Both the position numbers and the translations under genes were made by a program. A DNA stretch of 64,000 bases, from contig NC_043020.1 of assembly GCF_006345805.1 (NCBI RefSeq), forward strand, positions 12,958,001-13,022,000, written 5' to 3'. Position 1 is the stretch's first letter; each line of letters begins with the position of its first letter. This DNA is from Octopus sinensis (taxonomy: Eukaryota). The notes beneath the pieces were generated by a model, which ran no database searches, was not told the origin of the DNA, and saw only the letters and a list, made by a program, of their open reading frames with translations. Of the stretch, positions 37,394-50,901 are shown piece by piece.

Positions 37394-37554
37394 TACACAC
37401 ACACACACACAACATTAATGTGAGGCAACATAATTATCCTCCTTACCACCATCCTCTGAAGAGAAAGGAAGTTGCAAATCTGAAGGAGGAGCAGTGAGAG
37501 GTGAAGAGAGTAAGGAGTAGAGTGGAGGGTGATAAAGAGAGAAAGAGAGAAAGG

Positions 37555-37598
<44 letters not shown>

Positions 37599-37693
37599 AG
37601 CTGAGTTATTTATCAGGATATTTTGTTTTTTAAATGAAGTTTGTCATGATGACCTCTGACATTTCATTCACTAATCTCAATATTTGACATTCT

Positions 37694-37761
<68 letters not shown>

Positions 37762-38538
37762 ATCATCTTTAATATGGAAGCATGCACACAATTCTATTTT
37801 GTAGTTGTTGTTGCTGTTATTTTCAACTGGTTCTTTTATCTCCTCTCTCTGTCTCTCTGTCTCTCTCTCTCTCTCTACACACACATAATGGTGTCATGTA
37901 AAAAGCACCCAGTACACCCTGTAAAGTGGTTGCTGTTGAGAAGGGCCAAAAACTAAGCCAAAAACGGACCATGGAACCCGGTGTGGTCCCTGACCTCAGC
38001 AGCACCTCTCAAACCATCCAACCCATCCCAGCATGGAAAACAAACATTAAATGATGATGATGATGATGCTGATGATGATGCTGATGATGATGCTGATGAT
38101 GATGATGATGATGCTGATGATGGTGGTGGTGGTGGTGGTGGTGGTGGTGGTGATGATGATGATGATGATGAGGATGATGATGATGATGATGATGATTATG
38201 ATGATGATGATGTTTATGATGATGATGATGATGATGATGGTGATGACATGTAATGATATTCCTTCACTTCAGAAAGAGAGTGGGAGTAAATATATAACAT
38301 AGTTTTTTTAAATTTCTAATCGTGTTTAGAATATTTGTTAATTAGGATATCAATTTTAATTGATAAATTTTCCCAAAAGTGGTGAGTTTATGTCTAGGCA
38401 TGGTGGCTGTGTGGATAAGAAGTTTGCTTTGCGAGGGCATGATTTTGGGTTCAGTCCCACTGCACAACATCCTGTCTTAGTATCTTCTTAGGTTGATCAA
38501 TGCCTTGTGTATTTGATAGATGGAAACTGTGATGAGCC

Positions 38539-38571
<33 letters not shown>

Positions 38572-38649
38572 TTTACTTGTTTCAGTCATTTGACTGTGGC
38601 CATGCTGGAGCACCGCCTTTAGTCGAGCAAATCGACCCTATTATTATTA

Positions 38650-38706
<57 letters not shown>

Positions 38707-39919
38707 TCACTACCTGGAATTGAACTCGGAATCTTGAGTTTGGTAGCCCGCACTCTTAACCACTAAGCCACATGACTTCACTACCCAGGACATACACATA
38801 CACACACATACATAGATGCACACACACATACATACACACATGATGATGATGATGGCTGCCTCTTCTTGTCAGATGGTAGCCATCTCATATTGAAATGAAA
38901 TGAGGGTGAGCCATATGCATGTTATGGTATTTAAATGACAAAAGCTTATGCAACACTTTTGTCACTCTTCAATGATGTACAGATGTCCAACTATCATTTC
39001 AATTTCTTGATATCATTTTGTTTTTTATAAGACCCACGGTGATGGATGGATGCATGCCATGAAAAATCATAACTGCACCATGCAAGGAGGAAATAAATGA
39101 GAAGAATCAGGCTGAAATAGGCGCAGGAGTGGCTGTGTGGTAAGTAGCTTGTTTACCAACCACATGGTTCCGGGTTCAGTCCCACTGCATGGCACCTTGG
39201 GCAAGTGTCTTCTACTATAGCCTCGGGCCAACCAAAGCCTCGTGAGTGGATTTGGTAGATGGAAACTGAAAGAAGCCCGTCGTATATATGTATATATATA
39301 TATATGTATGTGTGTTTGTTTGTGTGTCTGTATTTGTCCCCCTAGCATTGCTTGACAAACGATGCTGGTGTGTTAATGTCCCCGTTACTTAGCGATTCGG
39401 CAAAAGAGACCGATAGAATAAGTACTGGGCTTACAAAAGAATAAGTCCCGGGGGTCGAGTTGCTTGATTAAAGGCGGTGCTCCAGCATGGCCGCAGTTAA
39501 ATGACTGAAACAAGTAAAAGAGTAAAAGAGAGTAAAGAGTAATGTGTGATGGGTATCATCCGACAAGATGAGATAATTATCACACGCACACACACACACA
39601 CACACACACTTGTGCACATGCACGCACATATATGCATATGAGTGTATGTGTGTGTATGTGTATGTGTGTATGTGTATGTGTGTGCGTGTGTGGTGTGTGT
39701 GTGTGTACGAGGGGGTGCTGAAAAGTTCCTGGTTTCAAGAGTATTTGGTGCTAAAGGCGGTGCCCCAGCATGGCCACAGTCAAATGACTGAAACAAGTAA
39801 AATATATATATATATAATATATACCAGAGTAAGCACATAAATGTGAAACAAGGTGGAAAAAAGAGTACTCAAATACCAGAGGTAGAGTAATATGCTTTAT
39901 TTAAAAGCAGCAGAAATAT

Positions 39920-39972
39920 AACAAAAGCTGTTACTCGGAGTTTCACATTCCCGTTCGTCAGACAGTTTTGTT
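39920..39972 (-). ncRNA. Type I hammerhead ribozyme motif (minimal, Penelope-type), intact core
   Basis: Minus strand: AACAAAA CTGT CTGACGA ACG-GGAA-TGT GAAA CTC C GAG TA^ ACAG C TTTTGTT. Stems I, II and III and the CUGANGA/GAAA/GUA core are all present. Confidence 0.75.
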
Positions 39973-39980
39973 AAAATTTT

Positions 39981-40033
39981 AACAAAACTGTCCGACGAAC
40001 AGGAACGTGAAACTCTGAGTAACAGCTTCTGTT
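39981..40033 (+). ncRNA. Type I hammerhead ribozyme motif, U4C variant; inverted partner of 39920-39972
   Basis: AACAAAA CTGT CCGACGA ACAGGAACGT GAAA CTC T GAG TA ACAG C TTCTGTT. Confidence 0.6.
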
Positions 40034-40619
40034 AAATTTCTGCTGCTTTTAAATAAAGTATATATATATATCTATATATATATATATATATATATAGGCT
40101 CCTCACATTTTCCATCTACCAAATACACGAGGCATTGATCAACTTTCTAAGTTGTTTTACGGGGCCTTAGTAAACCTAAAGGACCACTGCAATAAGTGTG
40201 TGAATCTGAGAGAAGAATTTGTTGAATAAAATCATAATTAATTGATCCTCTTGTATTTTCTTTTACCCAAAACCAGGAACTTCTCAACAACCCCTTGTGT
40301 ATGTGTGTGTGTACATGAGTGCTTGCATTTGCCCCCCCCCCCCGTTTGACAAATAATGCTGGTTTGTCTACATCCACTTGACTTAGCTGTTCAGCAACAG
40401 AGACCAACAGAATAAGCACCGAATTTAAAAGAAATACTGACGCAGAGTAGTTCGACCAACACTACAAGGTGAGGGCTACAGCATGGCCACAGTGCAATGA
40501 CCGAAACATGTAAAAGAGCACAATCAGCTGACCTCGTTTTTCTTTGCCTAATTAATCTAGGCTGTTAATTAATGCTAATTACATAAAAACGTAATTCTGA
40601 CAAACATGCTTCCATTCTT

Positions 40620-41228
40620 TAATTACCTATTTCTTTATTACCCACAAGGGGCTAAACAAAGAGGAGACAAATAAGGACAGACAAACGAATTAAGTCGATT
40701 ATATCGACCCCAGTGCATAACTGGTACTTATTTAATCGACCCCGAAAGGATGAAAGGCAAAGTCGACCTCGGCGGAATTTGAACTCAGAACGTAGCAGCA
40801 GATGAAATACCTATTTCTTTACTACCCACAAGGGGCTAAACAAAGAGGAGACAAATAAGGACAGAAAAACGAATTGAGTCGATTATATCGACCCCAGTGT
40901 GTAACTGGTACTTATTTAATCGACCCCGAAAGGATGAAAGGCTAAGTCGACCTCGGCGGAATTTGAACTCAGAACGTAGCAGCAGATGAAATACCTATTT
41001 CTTTACTACCCACAAGGGGCTAAACAAAGAGGAAATAAATAAGGACAGACAAATGAATTGAGTCGATTATATCGACCCCAGTGTGTAACTGGTACTTATT
41101 TAATCGACCCCGAAAGGATGAAAGGCAAAGTCGACCTCAGTGGAATTTGAACTCAGAACGTAGCGGCAGACGAAATACTGCTAAGCATTTCTCCCGGCGT
41201 GCTAACGATTCTGCCAGCTCGCCGCCTT
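40620..41228 (-). mobile_element. SINE S2 with 3 tandem 184-bp units
   Basis: B-box motif at 40781, 40965 and 41149. Confidence 0.85.
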
Positions 41229-41925
41229 ACCATAAATGGAACTATTTTAGAACTTCAACAAACACCCAAGAATTCTTCAAAACTATAAAAGAAACCAAAA
41301 TTTAAATAAATAAAAATAAAAAAAATGGTGCATTCTAAGCTAATTCTAGCAAGGCGAGATGTTGTGTCATTTCATGGCAACAATCCAAAGACCAAGTCCA
41401 CAGCTGGCAATTATTATTACCACAGAAAATGGTTTGCATTCAGTTCATTCTTAAAGATGCTTTTACCAATTCCTAAAAAAACCCAGCAATGCACACATGT
41501 AGTCAACGCTTTACCAACCAGTAAGAGAAGTCGGAATAACTTGCAACGGCGCTTCTTAGATGTTGCTGCTGCTGCTGCTGGTGATGCTGCAACTGCAGCA
41601 GAGTGCCCCTCCTCCACCACCACCACCACCACCATACCAGCCAACAATGACTCAACACATACAAGACTAACAGACTGAACATAAACAATGTTTACATCTT
41701 TTGGAATCAAATATTTATTTATTTATTTATTTTCATTAGGGGGTTGGGGGTGGGGTGGGGGGTGGGGTGGAAAGAACTACAAAACAACATCAAAATAACA
41801 TTAGTGCCCGGTATATGCGAGTGTGTGTGTGTGTGTGTGTGTGAGTGAGTGTGTATACATATGTGTATATATATATATACACAAACATACATGTATACAT
41901 ATATGCATATGTGTGTATGTATATA

Positions 41926-41978
<53 letters not shown>

Positions 41979-42142
41979 ATATATATATATATATACATTC
42001 ACACACACACATACACACACATATAAATATACATACATATATATGAAGTTATTTAAAAACTTCTCTTCATTAAATAAAATCTGAATGCTACTTCATAATT
42101 TCATGTTTTAAATTGTTTGTGTGTATGTATGCGTGCGCATAT

Positions 42143-42181
<39 letters not shown>

Positions 42182-42254
42182 TGTGTGTGTGTGTGCATGT
42201 ACAGTTCTGGCATGTAAAATAAATGCAGATAGTGTTGTTGTTGCTGTTTCTTTG

Positions 42255-42627
42255 TTTGTTGGGCGAAGTGGTCTTTGTTCCAGAGCTCGCTAGATGGGAG
42301 AAGTCCGAATCGTGGTCCTTTGCTATTCGTAAGACCTGCAGAAGAGAAGGCAGGTCAACCCCCCGACACTGAGAGCATTGACAGATGGACGAATGCACAT
42401 CCAGGCCCAGCGGTTGCGTAGGAAGTTGGGGACAAGAAACAGGTAGAAAGAGTGAGAGAAAGTTGGAGCGAAAGAGTACAACAGGGGTCGCCACCACCCC
42501 TTGCCGGAGCCTTGTGGAGCTTTAGGTATTTTCGCTCAATAAACACACACAACGCCCAGTCTAGGAATCTAAACTGCAATCCTCCGACCACTAGTCCGCT
42601 GCCCTAACCACTGGGCCATTGCGCCTC
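42255..42627 (-). mobile_element. tRNA-derived SINE, head A + a third tail (Z)
   Basis: Head matches 22559 and 57498; the downstream part is unrelated to tails X and Y. Confidence 0.7.
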
Positions 42628-43080
42628 CTGTTGTTGCTGTCGTGATCAGTCCTAGATGAAATCTGCTCAATAAGACTTTTATTGAAAGCCATTCCAGATA
42701 TGGCTGTCCCCACCTGCATTTCAAGCACAGCATATCTACAGTTACAGTACTAAATAAATATAGCTTTGTGTGATGTGGAGGAGGTTTAGCTGCTATTTCT
42801 ATTTAGCTGCTATTTGAATGACCAGTAGGGGAGAGGCTTCCTCAAAGGCCTGTTAAAATGATGATGATGAGGAGGAGGAAGAGGATGAAGAGGAGGAGTC
42901 ACACACACACACACACCATCACAGGCATACACTCACACACACTATCACATACATCCATATACACTAGCACATGCACCCCCATTCACTCACTAGCACACAC
43001 ACAAATACAGCCTAAAGCACACACACATACATGCACCCTAACATACACACACTAACTTCGTTAGAACCCTTGCTGCTCAC

Positions 43081-43173
43081 CTTGGTATATAAGTTTCTCT
43101 GGTTTATTCCATCGTATGTCCGCTGTTGTATCAGAGAACAACACCGCCAAATTACTGGGAGGATTGGTTGGAA
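43081..43173 (-). CDS. ROS1: ROS1 exon, FN3 N-half: VPTNPPSNLAVLFSDTTADIRWNKPEKLIYQ
   Basis: Acceptor ttatttcag|, donor G|gtgagc; phase 1 to 1; 93 nt; not in the ORF track. Confidence 0.88.
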
Positions 43174-44203
43174 CTGAAATAAATAAGACAGAAATGTTTG
43201 CATATCAGAAAATAAAGCAGTTATTAATGAAATAATCAATGAAACATCATAATTAATGAAACATAATTGATGAAACATCAACATCAAAAATCAAATGGAA
43301 ATTGTAGTTGTGATACCTGTGTCGGTGGCACGTAAAAAGCACCATCCGAACGTGGCCGATGCCAGCGCAGCCTTGACTGGCTTCTGTGCCGGTGGCATGT
43401 AAAATGCACCAACCAATATGTATATATATATATGTGTGTGCTTGTGTGTCTGTGTTTGCCCCCCCCCCCAACATTGCTTGACAACCGATGCTGGTGTGTT
43501 TACGTCACCGTAACTTAGCGGTTCATCAAAAAATACCGGTAGAATAAGTACTAGGCTTACAAAGAATAAGTCCTGGTGTCGATTTGCTCGACTAAAGGCG
43601 GTGCTCCAGCATGGCAGCATTGTGTTTCCTATTCTTTGACATGCCAGTTCCCACACCTTGAAAGACTTGTGGCTGTGTGGTAAGAAGCTTGCATCCCAAC
43701 CACATGGCTCTGGGTTCAGTACCACTGTGTGGAACCTTGGGCAAGCATCTTCTAATATAGCCTTGGGCTGACCAAAGCCTTGGTAGTGGATATGGCTGAT
43801 GGAAACTGAAAGAAGCCCATAGTGTATATATCTATGTGTGTGTGTGTCTCAGTGTTTGTGTTTGTCCACCTCTACTTTTTGACAACTGGTAGTGGTGTGT
43901 TTATGCCCTCGTAAGATAATGGTTCAGCAAAAGAGACCAATAGAGTTAGCAGCAGGCTAAGAAAAGTAAAAAAAAAACCCCTAAGTATGCCATCAATTCA
44001 TCATCATCATCATCGTTTAACGTCTGTTTTCCATGCTAGCATGGGTTGGACGGTTCGACCGGCGTCTGGGAAGCCAGGTGGCTGCACCAGGCTCCAGTCT
44101 GATCTGGCAGTGTTTCTACAGCTAAAAAAAAATCCTGCAAGGTAGTGCCCCAGGATGGCTACAGTCTAATGACTGAAACAAGTGTAATTAAGAAAAAGGG
44201 AGT

Positions 44204-44237
<34 letters not shown>

Positions 44238-44975
44238 AAACGAGAGAGATAGAAAGAGAGAGAGATATTTAAAATACATCACAAGATGTCAGATCAAATC
44301 TTTTGGCAAAACAGGAGCTAGTCAACAATGAAATACAATATTTGAGGCAATTCTACTGAGGTCGACTTTTCCTTTCATCCTTTCGGGGTCGATTAATTAA
44401 GTACCAGTTGCATAGGCACAGGAGTGGTTGTGTGGTAAGTAGCTTGCTAACCAACCACATGGTTCCGGGTTCAGTCCCACTGCGTGGCATCTTGGGCAAG
44501 TGTCTTCTGCTATAGCCCCGGGCTGACCAATGCCTTGTGAGTGGATTTGGTAGACGGAAACTGAAAGAAGTCTGTCGTATATATGTAGTATATATATATG
44601 TATGTGTGTGTGTATATGTTTGTGTGTCAGTGTTTGTCCCCCTAGCATTGCTTGACAACCGATGCTGGTGTGTTTACGTCCCCGTAACTTAGCGGTTCGG
44701 CAAAAGAGACCGATAGAATAAGTACTGGGCTTACAAAGAATAAGTCCTGGGGTTGATTTGCTCGACTAAAGGCGGTGCTCCAGCATGGCCGCAGTCAAAT
44801 GACTGAAACAAGTAAAAGAGTATACTGGGGGCCAAAGTATACTGGGGGCCAAAGTATACTGGGGGCCAATCTAATTGGCTGGCTCCTTCCTCAAAGATTT
44901 CAGGTCTTGTACCTAGAATAGAAAAGAATATTTGAAGCAATTAAGCAATATCAACAAGACTCTAAGGCCACTTAC

Positions 44976-45397
44976 CAGGCATTGGCTGGGCAGATGAATG
45001 GAACATGTTAAATCCACTGAATGAACTTTCTTTAAAATGGATTGTATTGTAATGGTATTTTCCTCCATGCTGATCATAGACTTCCTTCAAAACTTTCTGT
45101 CCATCTGTCCAGATAAAGGAACCGTTAAAAAACACAATACTTTTGATGTTGTTGAAGTTGGCTTTCACGACGTTCTGCCGTATGTTGGAGGGTCCTTTGC
45201 CATCCAAAAACGTTGACATGATCGTGTTGAGGGAGCTGTTAGGGAAGTAAAGCTGAATATTCTCAAAGTCAATTGTGAAAGAATCTTGTTTGTTCTTCAC
45301 AATCTGAAGTGGAGGAACATTTTTACCGCTTTCTATGTCACCCAAGTCAACCCGGAAGATTCCGTTGTTTGGTCCACTCTGAGTGTAATACAGGAAA
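44976..45397 (-). CDS. ROS1: ROS1 exon: FLYYTQSGPNNGIFRVDLGD...IMSTFLDG...WTDGQKV...SAQPMP
   Basis: Acceptor ttttacag|, donor G|gtaagt; phase 2 to 1; 422 nt. Confidence 0.92.
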
Positions 45398-45791
45398 CTG
45401 TAAAATTAATTATATAAAAGAAATTAAATTACATAAACCACTAAGAAAAATGAAGAAAACAAGTCATTGAATAAAAATTTCATTTAATTAGTTTCTTTTA
45501 TATAAAATTCTTATCTTTTTTTTTCTATTAAAAAAATTGTTTTTAAGATTTCTAGTTGCTTCTATTTTCTGATTTCTTATTTCAGTTCCTTTGGTTCTTC
45601 TTTCAAATACCAGTAATACCTGAGTAACACGTCAGGGGTTGACTCAATCAACAATACATGTTCCTTCATCAAAATAAACACACACACACACACACGTACA
45701 CATACGTGTGCATGTGTATGAGTGTATATATACATACATACATATATATATCTATATATATACATATGTATATATATATATAGATAGATAG

Positions 45792-45837
<46 letters not shown>

Positions 45838-46151
45838 TTGTATGTAAAAATATTTTAATCTTTGGATTTTTTTAATATGCTGGGCCACTGGTTTTAATTG
45901 ATTAATATCAATTTCTACCCTTATTAAATTATATTTTTTTTTCTCTCCTTCTTTCTGTGTTTTTTTTTTTTCTCTCTGTGTATCTTTCTGTTGAAGAGCG
46001 TAGGCTCGAAACGTTAAAGACTTGTTTTATTTATATTTCCTGAGCGCCATACTAATACAATTGTTCGTTTGTTTTCCACCTGCCTTCGTCTTTTGTCTAT
46101 TTCCATAAAGCTTCCCGTTATATATATATATACATATATATATATACATAC

Positions 46152-46229
<78 letters not shown>

Positions 46230-46871
46230 CACATATATATATCTGTATATACGATGCATTCATTGGAGGAAGGGAATATTGACCAAAATTTCAAAAGTTT
46301 CTGTTCTCAACTTAAAGGCATTCTTGAAAATTCATCTGCGTATCACATCAAGGAAACCCTAAAATGTTAAATTCGCCGTGTTTAATGAAGAAACGATGCC
46401 TCTGAGAACTGTTTTAACTCTGTTATGAATGTGTGTCCTCAACCCCATCACGATAATAGAAGTGAGGGTCTGGGTGAGTGAGGAGAGTATGTGTGGCATA
46501 ATTACAAAGGTGGAGGAGGAGGAGGGAGGAGGGAGGATTTCTGTTTACTAATGGTGGGAATTGGTAATTAACATTGTTAAAGTCATCGTGTCATGACAAG
46601 TGTCACAGTGTTGTTTGTTAGAATGATTCCAACATTTGATTGGACATTGATGCCAACCTAAGTGACATGAATACTCCTTAAACAAACTCATAAGTGAAGC
46701 AAGATATAAGGGGAAGAACACAAACAAAAAACAAAACAAAAGACAATCAAAACGGAACTTATGGGGTGGGGTGGGGTGGAACAGTGGTATTGTTTACTCG
46801 ACCTGGTAGAAATAGCAGCTAAATTTCCGTCAAATCATACCTTACTGTCTTGAAATAAGACATTGAAAATA

Positions 46872-47290
46872 TATATTTCCTTACTACCCACAAGGGGCTA
46901 AACACAGAGGGGACAAACAAGGACAGACAAAGGGATTAAGTTATTTACATCGACCCCAGTGCGTAACTGGTATTTAATTTATTGACCCCGAAAGGATGAA
47001 AGGCAAAGTCGACCTTGGCTGAATTTGAACTCAGAACGTAGCGGCAGACGAAATACCTATTTCTTTACTACCCACAAGGGGCTAAACACAGAGGGGACAA
47101 ACAAGGACAGACAAAGGGATTAAGTTGATTACATCGACCCCAGTGCATAACTGGTACCTAATTTATTGACCCCGAAAGGATGAAAGGCAAAGTCAACCTC
47201 AGCGGAATTTGAACTCGGAACGTAACGACAGACAAAATATGGCTACGCATTTCGCTCGCCATGCTAACATTTCTGCCAGCTCGCAGCCTT
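46872..47290 (-). mobile_element. SINE S2 with 2 tandem 184-bp units
   Basis: B-box motif at 47027 and 47211. Confidence 0.83.
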
Positions 47291-48891
47291 TAAGACATTG
47301 AAAATATAGTCCTTGATACACTGTCTACGAAGAAGAGATTTGATGATAATAATGGGATGGTCATGGTGAGATACCACTAAGCATAAGTTTACTTAATTAG
47401 CACTAATAATTAGGGACAATAGTACCAGCTGTATCCTGGGGTTTGAGGCAGTTGTAGCTGTTTGGTTCTATATCAATCCTGATTAAAGGTGTTCCAGATG
47501 TAACCATTACTCTCATTTAAGCAACTCTTTACTGGGCACAAGGGTATTGGTGAAGGGTCAAGGCCAGGGATCTGTGGTGGTGGTCATGGTGGTGCATGCA
47601 GCTATGATAGGATGTACTTCCTTTCGTGTGGGCAAGGATTAAACACTTCGCTCCTGCTATTCAGCTAAATATCCAGGCATTACTCTTTTACTCTTTTAGT
47701 TGTTTCAGTCATTTGACTGCGGCCATGCTGGAGCACGCCGGGACTTCTTTTGTAAGCCTGGTACTTATTCTATCGGTCTCTTTTGCCGAACCGCTAAGTA
47801 ACGGGGACATAAACACACCAGCATCGGTTGTCAAGCAATGCTAGGGGGACAAACACAGACACAAACACACACACGCATATATATATATACATATATACGA
47901 CGGGCTTCTTTCAGATTCCGTCTACCAAATCCACTCACAAGGCTTTGGTCGGCCCGAGGCTATAGTAGAAGACACTTGCCCAAGGTGCCACGCAGTGGGA
48001 CGGAACCCGGAACCATGTGGCTGGTAAACAAGATACTTACCACACAGCCACTCCTGCGCATTGCCCGTATATTTAAAAGAGTACCCAACACCTGGATATT
48101 TACCTGTGTAGCAAAATTTGCTTTACCACATGCCGAAATTTAGAAATAGCAGTTAAAATACTATTCTACTACCATAAGAAAATCTCCCAGACAGCAATAC
48201 TCTATAAATCACACAGGTAAAGAGAAAAAAATAACAAATCCACTCGGATTTGATTAACTATATATGCGTTTCTCTTTTACTCTTTTACTCTTTTACTTGT
48301 TTCAGTCATTTGACTGCAGCCATGCTGGAGCACCACCTTTAATCAAGCAACTCGACCCCGGGACTTATTCTTTTGTAAGCCCAGTACTTATTCTATCGGT
48401 CTCTTTTGCCGAACCGCTAAGTGACGGGAACATAGACACACCAGCATCGGTTGTCAAGCAATGCTAGGGGGACAAACACAGACACATAAACACACACATA
48501 TATATATACATATATACGACGGGCTTCTTTCAGTTTCCGTCTACCAAATCCACTCACAAGGCTTTGGTCGGCCCGAGGCTATAGTAGAAGACACTTGCCC
48601 AAGGTGCCACGCAGTGGGACTGAACCCAGAACCATGTGGTTGGTAAACAAGCTACTTACCACACAGCCACTCCTGCGTCGGGGTTAAAGAGATGTAAAAA
48701 GATGTAAAATCATATTTCTACTCACTTATTCCCTTCCTCAGTATAGTATTTCTAGTTTTAAATTTGGGAGCACTGATAATAAACATACGTACTTGACCAA
48801 GCGCCATGGAATAGCATATATCCCAAAACCAGTACTTCCGAAATCAAACAGACAAATGAGATCATAATTATAGAATTTATATATATATATA

Positions 48892-49293
48892 TCTTTATAT
48901 ATAAAAGTGAAGTTGTGTGAGTGTCTGTCTCCTACGATTTAGATTCCTAACTACTCCCACATTTTGCAGTGCAGTTTAACCAAAACCGGGTATCTTATAG
49001 TCGTGATTCATATCGAGCCCTTCTGGGTATTAGCGCGCGTCTATGATGAGTGTACGATTTAAAAAAAAATTTACCATAATTTTTTCCCATTTTAATGCAT
49101 TTTTTTCGCTATTATATAAGGGAAGTAACTCTCTAAAAATGTCTACGATGAGTCAACGATTTAAAAAAAATTTACCATCATTTTTTTTCCATTTTGAATG
49201 CATTTTTTTGCTATTCTTTTGCTATAACTCTCTAAAAATGCTTATATAGTTATTTCCCTTACAAACCCGAGCAACGCTGGGCGAAACTGCTAG
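48892..49293 (+). mobile_element. Non-autonomous Helitron-like element
   Basis: A|TC 5' end, CCCGAGCAACGCTGGG hairpin, CTAG|T 3' end. Confidence 0.75.
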
Positions 49294-49303
49294 TATATAA
49301 TAA

Positions 49304-49633
49304 AATATTAGGGAATAAATCCAAACTTACAGGGAAAAATCAGATTGAGGATTGAAACCAATTTTATAGTAAAATATTATATTATATTAAATTAGAGATA
49401 AAACCACTATTAGGCAAATCATACAATGAAAAACTCAAGCCAATACATAAGATAAATTAATTTATATTATTTAAATATATATCAAAATTATTAAAATAAT
49501 ATTAAAATATTAATTAATTATCTTTTTTAATAATTTTGATATATATTTAAATAATATAAATTAATTAATCTTATGTATTGGCTTAAGTTTTTCATTGTAT
49601 GATTTGCCTAATGGTGGTTTTATCTCTAATTTA

Positions 49634-49674
<41 letters not shown>

Positions 49675-50340
49675 ATAATAAATATTAGGGAATAAATCCA
49701 AACTTACAGGGAAAAATCAGATTTAGGATTGAATCCAATTTTATAGTAAAATATTATATTATATTAAATTAGAGACAAAACCACTATTAGGCAAATCAAA
49801 CAATGAATAATTGTTACATATTTAAATAATATAAATTAATCATATGTATTGGCTTAAGTCTTTCATTGTTTGATTTGCCTAATAGTGGTTTTGTCTCTAA
49901 TTTAATATAATATATATATATATAGGCGCAGGAGTGGCCGTGTGGTAAGTAGCTTGCTAACCAACCACATGGTTCTGGGTTCAGTCCCACTGCGTGGCAT
50001 CTTGGGCAAGTGTCTTCTGCTATAGCCCCGGGCCAACCAATGCCTTGTGAGTGGATTTGGTAGACGGAAACTGAAAGAAGCCTGTCGTATATATGTGTGT
50101 ATATATATATGTATGTGTGTGTTTGTGTGTCTGTGTTTGTCCCCCTAGCATTGCTTGACAACCGATACTGGTGGTTTATGTCCCCGTCACTTAGCGGTTC
50201 GGCAAAAGAGACCGATAGAATAAGTACTGGGCATACAAAGAATAAGTCCCGGGGTCGAGTTGCTCGATTAAAGGCGGTGCTCCAGCATGGCCGCAGTCAA
50301 AATGACTGAAACAAGTAAAAAGAAAAAAGAAAGAAAAAGA

Positions 50341-50371
<31 letters not shown>

Positions 50372-50867
50372 TAAATTAGAGATAAAACCACTATTTGGCA
50401 AATCAAACAGTGAAAATCATAAACCAAAACATGAAAATAAAAATAATTAATATAATTTACAAAATATATAAAATATAAAATTTAAAATTTAAATATATAT
50501 ATACACACACACACAATTTTTTTGAAACAGTTTTTTGTTAAATACAATATAGAAAAGAATTAAATGAGAAGAAATTAGAAATGTGAGGAATTAAAGGTCT
50601 GAGAAATTAAGTAAATGTGTAAGAATTTAATTAAAGGTGGTTTATGATATAGAACTTACCCATTTATGGGATCAACCTTTATATCAGAGGCACGTGCTTG
50701 TAGCTGGCTTACAGCCAAATGACAAGTGTATTGTGGAGGGAGGAAACATTGGTAAATCTGAGAAAATACAAAAATTATTATTATTATTGTTGTTGTTATC
50801 AACATTACTATTATTAATGTAATAATAAATAAAACTGGGAGTTTGTTCATAAATATTATCTGTCTCT

Positions 50868-50901
<34 letters not shown>

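Noticed and set aside
36917-37497. Cys/Val- and His/Thr-rich ORFs (also 28573-28971 and 41719-42084)
   Set aside because: (CA)n, (GA)n and (TA)n microsatellite translations.
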